Source of the DNA: Halocafeteria seosinensis
Taxonomy: Eukaryota
Assembly (NCBI GenBank): GCA_001687465.1
Contig: LVLI01000393.1
Span: forward strand, 1 to 53,740
Length of the DNA: 53,740 bases
Direction of reading: 5' to 3'
This document shows positions 23,417 through 33,778 of the stretch, piece after piece. How positions within the stretch are numbered: position 1 is the stretch's first letter; every line of letters begins with the position of its first letter. The notes under the pieces were generated by a model. That model did no database searches. It saw only the letters and a list, made by a program, of their open reading frames with translations, and was not told where the DNA came from. A program made the position numbers and the translations under genes.

Positions 23417-26400
23417 TCAATCTTTAGACTTTATTGCATCACCCTGGTAAGCTAAGAGACTGATTTTGCGGCTGCTTTCAACTGTAATAAAAAATGGTCC
23501 GCTTTTAGGGTAGTATGTTGTCGGAATTATCAATACCTCTTTATTGTCAAGCTGAGGCGCTCCGAAAGGAATAGTAAGCTCGGCATCAATTTCATGGTGC
23601 GCTCTAAATTGCGTCCGGCCAAGCATTCCCTTCTTGCCATCATGAGAACGCGCTTCTTTGCCTACATCACAGGTCACTACATAAAATCCCAGCATTGTGC
23701 CCACGCCATCTTCTCTGAACTTTGCAGCCCACTGAGCTTCCGGCCGATGTAGCGCTATCTTAAGGTTCACCTCCCTTCGAGGACCCACCGGGCGGACGAC
23801 GTAAGCCGGATTTCGCAACCATGAAGCATTCATGTGGGAGCCCCCCGCGGTCTGTTGCAAGGTCCACGAACCAGGGATAGTGAGGTTGTAAGGGTTCGCT
23901 GCGATGTCCGTGGTCTTGAATTCGTATCCCGCATTAGCGCATATGCTCATTTTGAAATCCCCTTCTATGTGTCGGAAACGCATACATGGGTGCACAAGAA
24001 TACCAGTGAAATACTCATCGTCTGAGGTGAGGAACCAGCTTTTTGGTATCCGCAAATGGAAAGATGCGACAGACTCACTGGAGAATTCGGATACTTGGCA
24101 GAATTCTCGAGGACCCACTTCAAGTCGTCGCTTGGGGAATTCTTGGCCATCAGTTTCATCGATCTTCTTTAACGGTCTCGTCGCATATAGCCCTATCATA
24201 TTCCGCTCTCCGTCTTCTCTTTCGTCTCGTCCAATGTTGCCTGTGTCTGTGCGGTTTAATGTTACCACAATATCAATCATACCTTCTGGCCGAGGCTCTT
24301 CTTTCTTATGACCAGCTGTGTTGCCGGCATTACGCCCCATAGATTTTTCTGCTGCATTTACTGGCTGACCCTCAATCGAGATCAGTCTCAGGTGAATCTG
24401 AGGATTCATTCCCCACAAATGATTCACTAACACACTTTCCTTTGTTCCGACGAGTGTGTGTACGGCGGCGGACATCGAAGTATGCAATGGTGCTACACCG
24501 GGGCTGATATAGTCCACGGAGCCGAGAAAAGGAGAAGGTTTAAGGGACGTATCATCTTTCGTAAGCATTCCCCCCGCAGTTCCTGAGTCAATGCGCCAAC
24601 TCCCCTGTAGACTCTCCAAGGAGAGATCTTCAATCTGTTTCGCATGAAGAACTTTGGATGAGACAAGCCTTATAGTAAACGGTCGTTCCAACCCTTCCTG
24701 AATAGAGTAGGGAATAATGACATAACTTTCTTCCGAAGAAAACTGCAAGTCGAGACAAAAGTTGTCAGGAGAAGCAAAGTCATCTCTTTGCCTAAACTGC
24801 TGGAAAGAATTCGGACAGTATTTGGATGCAATGGTACTCTGTGGGCTAGTCATCGTATCAAACACAATGTCACGCTGAGCAGGGTTCCAGACGCGCCCAC
24901 GTTCCCCACGAGGGCGACGAAGAATTAGAAAATGAGAATGGGAGGGGGGAGGCAAGATTGGAGATCCTTGCTCAGTCTTCTCCAAAGCCTCTAACGAGGA
25001 GTTTTCTTTGCTGGGTGCATAGCAGTGCTGCATAAGTGTAACTGCTACGTTAACCAGCCCCTCTTTGGAGCTCGTCTCGTGAGCGACTGTAGCTTGTTGC
25101 TGGTCTTCCGACTCTTGTAGTGCCGCTTTCAGAGCAGCCATCATCGTAGCACGACTAGCTAGCTTTGCGTTCTTGGCATCCATTTTCGGTGCAGGAAGCT
25201 TTATACGAAACTGGGGATTAAAGAAAAACGAGGGGTCTGGGTCCTTGCAGCAAACGTGTCTGGCGACCTGTTGGCGACTGGGAACTATTTGTTCCTGAGA
25301 ATCATCCGGAAACACTCGCGTCGGAGGGCCCGCAGCTGAGCGTCCTTCCCAAGCACCATCTATACCAACAAATTTGGAGGGAGTGTTCCAGAACTTTACG
25401 ATATAGAATTCGTTAAAAGCATCCAAAGCATCTTTCCATTCACACCAGAAATAGTTGTCATCAGAGCGATCGAATTCGGCATCGGGAAGGTCCCATAGAT
25501 GAGCCTCGATTTCAGGATATTCAGCCCATTCCAAGCTGTCATTACTCCAAGCTCCTTTCCATCGACTATTTTCCCAGGGGTTGCGGCACTTTAGTAAACG
25601 AGTTTTCGTTTTACCCGCCACTATAGAGTACACGAGTGGATACACTAAGTTATTTCGTAGGCCGTCTGTAGTATCCTTCGAAGCGCCCCATCCGCCATTG
25701 CATAACTGTGTAGCTAAGCGGCTCTTATCGTGCGACCCTTTGCTGGAAAACGCACTGAATTTTTTATTAGAGGCAACAGATGTTCTCCCACTGGTTTTAC
25801 GTTGCTTATTTGCGACACTCTGGGGACCGCCGGTGGATGCCACTGTTGCTCTAACACTTGTTTGCGGAGCTGAATCTTGCCGTGAGCTTTGCGTTTCATA
25901 AGCCGAGCTCATATCCGATTTCATAGCTAAAACAATATGCCCCTCCTCATGGCACCTCTCGATCATCTCCCACAACTCTAAGCACTGTTCCTCAGACATG
26001 TTGCTGGGGAGCATTACTCTCTCGACAATGCCCCCTGAAAGTTCTGTTAGAGCTTGACACAAGAGACTAGGTGTGTAGCTGCGAGTTGCATCATTGTCGT
26101 CATCCTCCAAGAAAGCCTCAGTAAGAGTTGGTGGTGCAGCATGCATTCGTGCATAGCACCCCAAAAACTTTGCATATGCTTTTTGTAGCAATTGCGGCCA
26201 TAATTCATCGGTATTTCTAGGATGGGAGAATAGAGGAACCTGAGTTTCCGAGTCGAAGGCATAAGGGAGTCGGGTATCGATAGTGATGGGTCTCCATTCT
26301 CCATCGAAAAAAAACCGGCATGTAGCAATTCCGACATCTAGAATGTCTTCGTCAGGCGTCTCCAGTAGACTTTCCAGATGCGTTTCACCAGCGGTTGCAA

Positions 26401-27044
26401 TGGCAGCTACAGCGTTGTAGAACCAAGCGTCGCCAATCCACCCCTGCGGTAGATTCATGCTAGGTCAGCAAAGAGCCCGTCCTCAACAGAAAGCGTTAGA
26501 GGGGAACGCACCAGAGAAAAATTTGTTGCCCGCGGATCAGTTTGAATGACTGTTGGCGTTTCCGAATACTCGTGAGGATATAGCCTGGATCACGCAGAGA
26601 TAGATATTCGGTAATGTACTAGGGATGTCGCAAGAACCGGCTGCCGCACTCACCATATGAGCTTAAAAATGTTTCCCTCCGCACGAGGTGTGCTTCCGCT
26701 ACCTTCGGACGCATCTGCACCAAAGTTGTCCTCTCCTGAAAGGCTCCCAGAGCCATCAGATCGGTTCCGCTTGGGAGACTTCGAGGGCGAAGTACCCATG
26801 GAGCTCAAGAGCTTCGGCGGTGTAGCGTACGCAAACAACGGTGTCGGAGCATTCTGCACGATAAGGACAAGAATGAATACTAATTCGACGTGTGTGAGAG
26901 GAGATAAATGTATAATGAACGTACTTCGCCTGCGTAAATGGACCTGATATTGCCAGCGAAGTGAGGGTCTGCATGCCGCCGATTCCCACTAGCTCGCAGA
27001 CGCTGGACTATGTCCTCCTCTGTTTCCTCCACAAACGAAGACAT
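23417..27044 (-). CDS. Calpain-like protein (CysPc domain plus domain-III repeats), probably catalytically inactive
   Basis: Exons 27044-26925, 26853-26654, from 26584, and a long last exon. Motifs DPHF, GWIGDAWF, ITIDTRLP, ELWPQLLQKAYAK, RNPW...WKGAWS, and several GxW..AGG...NPQ domain-III motifs. Confidence 0.88.
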
Positions 27045-27126
27045 TGTGAGCTCGCTGATCACTGGCTCTTCCAGTCTATAGCGCCAGCAAATCAACTTGA
27101 AGTGCCTTACAACACCTTGTACACAG

Positions 27127-29447
27127 CATGGCGAATTAGCGCGCGTCTCTAACGGATGCTCCGGAAGACGTTCACAAGGGACGTTCACAAGCCGGACTGG
27201 GTGACTGGGTAATGCGTGCGTACATGTATAGTAATAAGTAGGCTGTAGGAAAAAGAAAACCAAAAAGAATGCGGCGAAGATCCACGGTGATGCAACAAGT
27301 CATGCTTGGTTCCGCGCAACAGTAGCGATGAGCAGCTTCAACAGCTCATTCGGCTGGTGTGCCACTCAAGCAGGTTTGACTTGAGTGTCGTCGTCGAAGT
27401 CCTCCTTTCCTTTGAGCAATATCAGCCAGGCATGAAAGCAAATGAGCCCGATGAGTGAATGTGGGTCTTTTCGGATGTGCATCAGTCGTAGTGCCGCTGT
27501 CAATCGTGTGGTGGTTAGTGCTGGCACTGCTGGGTGGATGACTCGGCATCATAACTGTTGATCCGATGTACGAGTGCTGTTACAGTAGTTAATCATGTTT
27601 TGTGTAACAATTAAGCATAATGCTATTCAAAGGAAGCACGGAAAGCTATCCACTGCTTGTAGTGGTTGTCGTCTAAAACTGTCGAACTGGTTGTGATAGT
27701 GTCCCAACGAGCTTCATGCTAACTTCTACAAATGTGTGGCACAAACCGAAGTAGATACGTCAGATATATTGACGACTTGTTCTGTTTTAGCATTGCGACC
27801 CACTTTTTACTTTGTACAGTACACGGGGGCGTGCCGGGGACGACGGTACATCCCAAACTCCGTGGGGGTCTACGCGAACATTCGGGCCGCGAGAAATACT
27901 GTATTCATTTTGAAGGAAGTTAATGGATTGACCAGGGCACCTCCAAGAACGTGTTTTTGTATCGTTAAAAGTGCACATACACTTGGGAATAGAGCTTCGT
28001 TTGCAAGAGTTGTGAGTGTTTGCTGACCCATCTAGATGGCGGAAGACGTCCAAGATCGCATACCGGAAGACACCAGGCGTGGGGAACCTGAGCAAGACAC
28101 CACCTCCCATAATGTAAGACGGACACCTTTCAACTCATATGACGAACGTCAGCGCAAGTCTACAGCTCAGCAGGTTGAGATGAGCAAACACATAGGACCG
28201 AACCAAGACCAAGATGCTGAATTCGCGCAGAACGAAGCAGCTTTCGAAAGCGACGGTAAGATTCAGCGGACCGGCGTCGTTCTTGAGTCAGACTTGGAAG
28301 AAGACTACAGAAGAGACATGAAGCATGTGTTGATGACAATGGTCCACCACGGAGTAGAAAATATCCACGGCGCATGGTGGCGCATCGTCCTTCGAGGAGT
28401 CCTTGCAGGTGCTTACATTGGATTCGGAGCAGCGCTTAGTGTAGTTCTCGCTCAAGGAATTGAGTGGGAAGGAAGCCGCCGCTTGATGCTGGGGATTGGG
28501 TTTACTGCTGGGTTCAGCTTGGTGGTTCTTTCTGGTAAGCTAAGAGAACGTGCGACAATAACCTGTTAGAATGTCAGCTGTCATTTAGTGTTGCTGCTGC
28601 AGGAGCTGCGCTGTTTACCGAAATCAACGTCACCATTCCTGTCATGCTCTTAGCACACCGGCGTTCCCCTATTCTAAAAAGTGTTGTGTGGAAGGCGGTC
28701 CGGTTCTGGCTGTTGGCTTTCATTGCCAACATTGTCGGGGGCTTCATCGTCAGCGGTATGATCATAGGTGCAGGAATGTTCCAGACTGACGCTGAACAAG
28801 GTGAACTAAGTGATCAACTGGCTGTTGACGAACTTACAAAAATTGTGAAGAAGAAACTGAGAGACTCGGATAATGGTGCCACCGGTTGGTTTGAAGTACT
28901 TGCTTCTGGTATTGTGGGGAACTGGGTAGTGGGTATGGCGGCAATAAACGCGATGTCCGCACGGACTGTTCCTGGTATCGTTATAGGAGTGTTTATTCCC
29001 GTACTACTATTTGTTTCACTTGGTGCACAACATGGTCCCGTAAACCTAGGTTATTTCGCCTTAGCATCTATTCGGGATGAAAGTGGAATTGAAGCTGACG
29101 ACGTCATTTGGAGAAACCTTATCCCTTCGTACTTAGGTAACTGGCTCGGCGGCATCCTATTTGATGCCGTGACATACTACCTCATTTACATGTGTAACAT
29201 CGATGGCGGTATCCAGGTTGACACTGGTACTGAGCTGGTCCACCAACTCTCTACCAAAGGTAAGCGCAAGCAGGCTGATGTGGAGAACCAAAACGGAAAG
29301 GAAGGAGATGGAGGTAACCAAGTTCACATTGAGCGTGAGTAATTCACGACTAATTTGAATGAAATCCACAAAGGGCATACTGACTACCGGCAACACCACC
29401 ATACTATGGAGTATCGTGCCCCTTGTCTCATCGTCTGTTGAATCATC
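27127..29447 (+). repeat. Tandem duplication unit 1 (upstream region, FNT gene, 3' flank)
   Basis: Colinear with 29698-31964. Coding parts are nearly identical and the upstream part is diverged with indels. Confidence 0.92.
28036..29342 (+). CDS. Formate/nitrite transporter (FNT family), copy 1
   Basis: GVLAGAYIGFG, SGAALFT, NIVGG, GIVGNW, GAQHGPVN, NLIPSYLGNWLGG. One intron at 28535-28602. Confidence 0.92.
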
Positions 29448-29453
29448 AGAACC

Positions 29454-29638
29454 TCTCAAAAGTCTATGGAGGGCATACTCCAAACTCTCCGAAAACAAAT
29501 CATTTTCAAAGGATTCAGCGACACAAACAGTGTTAAGTCCATTCTTGACGTATGTCACGTGGCTTGCCACCATTCTGCATCCCCGCTTGTGGTAAACGGG
29601 ATACGCTTGCTGATTGCCCTGTTTGAACACTCCGACCA
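29454..29638 (+). pseudogene. 185-bp fragment copied from CAND1 coding sequence (16573-16757)
   Basis: Direct alignment with 4 mismatches and no indels. Confidence 0.95.
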
Positions 29639-29694
29639 CACCGTTGTTTGCGTAAGCTACACCGCCGAAGCTCTTGAATTCCATGGGTACCTCG
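29638..29694 (+). pseudogene. 57-bp inverted fragment copied from calpain-like exon 2 (26788-26844)
   Basis: Reverse complement of 26788-26844 with 4 mismatches. Confidence 0.92.
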
Positions 29695-29792
29695 TCACAT
29701 GGCGAATGAGCCCGCCTCTGTAACCAATGGACAAGGGACGTTCACAAAGCGGATCCAAGCCAGGCAAGCCTTACCATACATGTACTGACGGT

Positions 29793-29844
29793 GATGCGGT
29801 CAACTTCCCGGCCGGTGGGCTATCTGACACATTTGTGTGTGTGC
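29793..29844 (+). mobile_element. 5'-truncated copy of the (TG)n-ended repeat
   Basis: 29793-29842 equals the reverse complement of 53539-53588 at 49 of 50 positions. It is absent from the paralogous site 27284-27300 and is flanked by TGC on both sides. Confidence 0.85.
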
Positions 29845-30558
29845 AACAAGTGTCTGTTGGTTCCGCGCAACTGCAGTCAGCGATGAGCAGCTTCCTTGGT
29901 ACGAACAGCTCATTCGGCTGGTATGCCACTCAAACAGGTGTTTTGACTTGAGTGTCGGAGGAGAAGTGCTCCTTTCCTTTGCTGGAGCGATATCAGCCAG
30001 GCATGAAAGCAAATGAGCCCGATGAGTGAGTGTGGGTCTTTCCGGATGTGATGAAGGCACTGCTGGGGTGGATGGCTAGGCATCATGGCTGTTCATCCGA
30101 TGTACGAGTGCTAAAATGAAGGTAATTAATCATGTTGTATGTAACAAGTAAGCATAGGGAGCACGGAACGCTATCCACTGCTTGCAGGGGTCTAAAATTG
30201 TCGAACTGGTTGTGCAAGTTCGGGTCCCAACGAGTGTGCAATGTGTAGACAAACCGAAGTGGACACATCAGGTATATCGACAACTTGTTCTGTTTAAGCA
30301 TTGCGACCCACTTTTTACTTTGTACACGGGGTCGTCGTCCCCGTGGTACTCCGACGACCGTTCCAAGAATTCTGCGCGAACATGCAGAACTATCCGTCCG
30401 GGATTCGTCCCGGACAGCGAGAGGAATTCATTCTGAGGGAAGCTAGATGGATTGACAGGGCAACACCGAAAACACGTTTTAGTATCATTAAAAGTGCACA
30501 TACACATGGAAATAGAGCTTCGTTTGCGAGAGTTGTGAGTGTTTGCTGACCCATCTAG

Positions 30559-31859
30559 ATGGCGGAAGACGGCCAAGACCGCGTACCCGAAGACACCAGG
30601 CGTGGGGGACCTGAGCAAGACACCACCTCCCATAATGTAAGACGGACAACTCAAAACTCATACGACGAACATCAGCGCAAGTATACAGCACAGCAGGTTG
30701 AGATGAGCAAACACATAGGACCGAACCAAGACCAAGATGCTGAATTCGCGCAGAACGAAGCAGCTTTCGAAAGCGACGGTAAGATTCAGCGGACCGGCGT
30801 CATTCTTGAGTCAGACTTGAAAGAAGACTACAGAAGAGACATGAAGCATGTGTTGATGACAATGGTCCACCACGGAGTAGAAAATATCCACGGCGCATGG
30901 TGGCGCATCGTCCTTCGAGGAGTCCTTGCAGGTGCTTACATTGGATTCGGAGCAGCGCTTAGTGTAGTTCTCGCTCAAGGAATTGAGTGGGAAGGAAGCC
31001 GCCGCTTGATGCTGGGGATTGGGTTTGCTGCTGGGTTCAGCTTGGTGATCCTTTCTGGTAAGCTAAGAGAACGTGCGACAATAACCTGTTAGAATGTCAG
31101 CTATCATTTAGTTTTGCTGCTCCAGGAGCTGCGCTGTTTACCGAAATCAACGTCACCATTCCTGTCATGCTCTTAGCACACCGGCGTTCCCCTGTTTTAA
31201 AACGTGTTGTGTGGAAGGCGGTCCGGTTCTGGCTGTTGGCTTTCATTGCCAACATTGTAGGGGGCTTCATCGTCAGCGGTATGATCATAGGTGCAGGAAT
31301 GTTCCAGACTGACGCTGAACAAGGTGAACTAAGTGATCAACTGGCTGTTGACGAACTTACAAAAATTGTGAAGAAGAAACTGAGAGACTCGGATAATGGT
31401 GCTACCGGTTGGTTTGAAGTACTTGCTTCTGGTATTGTAGGGAACTGGCTAGTGGGCATGGCGGCAATAAACGCGATGTCCGCACGGACTGTTCCTGGTA
31501 TCGTTATAGGAGTGTTTATTCCCGTACTACTATTTGTTTCACTTGGTGCACAGCATGGTCCGGCAAATCTGGGTTACTTCGCCTTAGCATCTATTCGGGA
31601 TGAAAGTGGAATTGAAGCTGACGACGTCATTTGGGGCAACCGTATCCCTTCGTACTTGGGTAACTGGCTCGGCGCCATCGTATTTGATGCCGTGACATAC
31701 TACCTCATTTACATGTGTAACATCGATGGCGGTATCCAGGTTGACACTGGTACTGAACTGGTCCACCAACTCTCTACCAAAGGTAAGCGCAAGCAGGCTG
31801 ATGTGGAGAACCAAAGCGGAAACGAAGGAGATAGCCAAGTTCACATTGAGCGTGAGTAA
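30559..31859 (+). CDS. Formate/nitrite transporter (FNT family), copy 2
   Basis: Paralogue of 28036-29342 with intron 31058-31125. Motifs GNWLVG and GAQHGPAN. Confidence 0.92.
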
Positions 31860-32475
31860 TTCACGACTAATTTGAATGAAATCCACAAAGGGCATACTGA
31901 CTGCCGGCAACACCACCATACTATGGAGAATCGTAACCCTTGTCTCATCGTCTGTTTAATCATCGTATAACGCTGATCGAGAGATGTATGGTATAATTCA
32001 ACATAGGCTCAATATGGTATGGCTGCAAAACACCTTTTGTGAAGTACACTTCTTGTCATTGTTGCCAGCCTTAAAAGCGAAGACGCATCATGGTTTTTGT
32101 CGCAACGCCGTATTATTATGTTGTAACACTCTCGTGCAAGGATTTTCGACATGGAGTCTACGCTATACGATGGAGAAATGCCTGGCACGCCAACTTCAAC
32201 CTACTACGGACTGCCTAAAGACAGCATAGTTCATTCTTAAACGTAGTGGTTGAAACAAAATAAAAGGCGGTCAGACAGTCTCCTTCATTCAATTACTCAT
32301 TGTATTGCTATCAACTTGAGGAAAAAAGATAGAGATTGCAAAGCGAAGAGGGATTTTCCCAGCGGGATTTCTATGACCTTTTTTGCTCGCCTTTGACCTC
32401 CCCTCGGATAGGACCCACTGTTCGTACTTCAACTAAGCGCCGGTGTGCGTTCTCTTTGGTCGTTAATATAGTATC

Positions 32476-33684
32476 ATGGAGTTCTATCCCTCGCCCTCCT
32501 CGGCCTCATATTGCTCTCAAGGAGTATCTTCGTCCGGAGTGACCGCCACATCACGACAACAGAGCTCCTGTGGAGCACAAGCTCAGATTTTCTCCTCCCC
32601 GGAACCTGCCGGAGCGCATCGGGACATTACCTTTCGTGATCGTTCCAATACAGTGCACCATCGTGACGGCAGCACTAGTGCATGCAACCAACGAAATGAT
32701 ACGAATGGAAGTGGCCGCCAATTTGCTGCAAATACGCTTTCTTTGGGCTCGAAAGTGAACAGCACCGGTGGGAAACGCAACGACTTTGGACGGAGAAAGT
32801 TGGCTTCTAAACGACATGCTGACGATATGCCCATGTCTATCCATGCTTTTTCCTCATCAGGGAATGGCTACGACGGTCTACTGACCAGTTCGCACTTTAG
32901 TGCAGAAGATGAGAATAGTGAAGATTTTGGTCTGCGAGACGATGCTGTCTGTCTAATTAAAAGGGTGAAGTACGTATGAGCGGTCTTCGTATACGACTGA
33001 CATGGATTGGTTCTTAACGAAATGATGTGACATACAGAGCGGAAGAAACGGATGATGAAGGTGAGAATTCAGCCAATAAGAAGGTATTCACAGAGGCTGA
33101 TTTATCGGTTGAGCAGCAGCGACATCAGGCTGACTTGGCGCGGTTAGAGTGAGTCAAACCTGAAATGGAATTGCTGATAATGTAAACAGCGAACATTTTG
33201 ATAAATTGTGCAGGACACAAGCTGAGCTATACTCAATAAGGAAAGAAAGGGAGGTGAGAAACTTGAAGGAAGAACTGGAGGAGAGTAAGGCCTCCATTCG
33301 AGGGATGAGACAACTTATCGAGGCCGCCGCGTCCGAGCGCGGGAAGTTACAAAGTGAGAATAAGGTGTTAAAACGAGCAGTTGCTACCCAAAATCAGCAA
33401 ATTTCTCAATGCAATCACTCAATCGAAGTACGTGCCCTTTTGTAGATGTATATTTCATTATTGTACTTAGACCGATCTCTTTACTACAGGAGAAAGACAA
33501 GACTATCCAGGAACAACGCGAGCAACTCGGTTACCTGCGGCAACTGACGATGCAGCTATTGACGAGTTTGCAAGAACAGCCCGGTGCAGGTTCTGACAAC
33601 TCGGCCAGGGACGATGGCGACGACGATGGGGGTCCTAGTGCCCCGGGTAATGATAACGGACCATTCTTCGGAACGGTGCACTGA
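32476..33684 (+). CDS. Hypothetical protein with C-terminal coiled coil (about 4 exons)
   Basis: ORF fragments joinable by short GT-AG introns near 32970-33037, 33149-33212 and 33428-33489. Coiled-coil segment LQSENKVLKRAVATQNQ. Confidence 0.65.
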
Positions 33685-33778
33685 GGTGATTGTAGTGCTC
33701 TCAAAAGATGTCTAAGGAGATACATATAATTTGCGGTTAGTCAATGGCTAAGACACCGTGTTCATATCTATATGGGCA

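Larger units (their letters stand above)
29698..31964 (+). repeat. Tandem duplication unit 2
   Basis: Begins CATGGCGAAT as at 27127 and ends TCATCGTCTGTT.AATCATC as at 29447. Confidence 0.92.
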
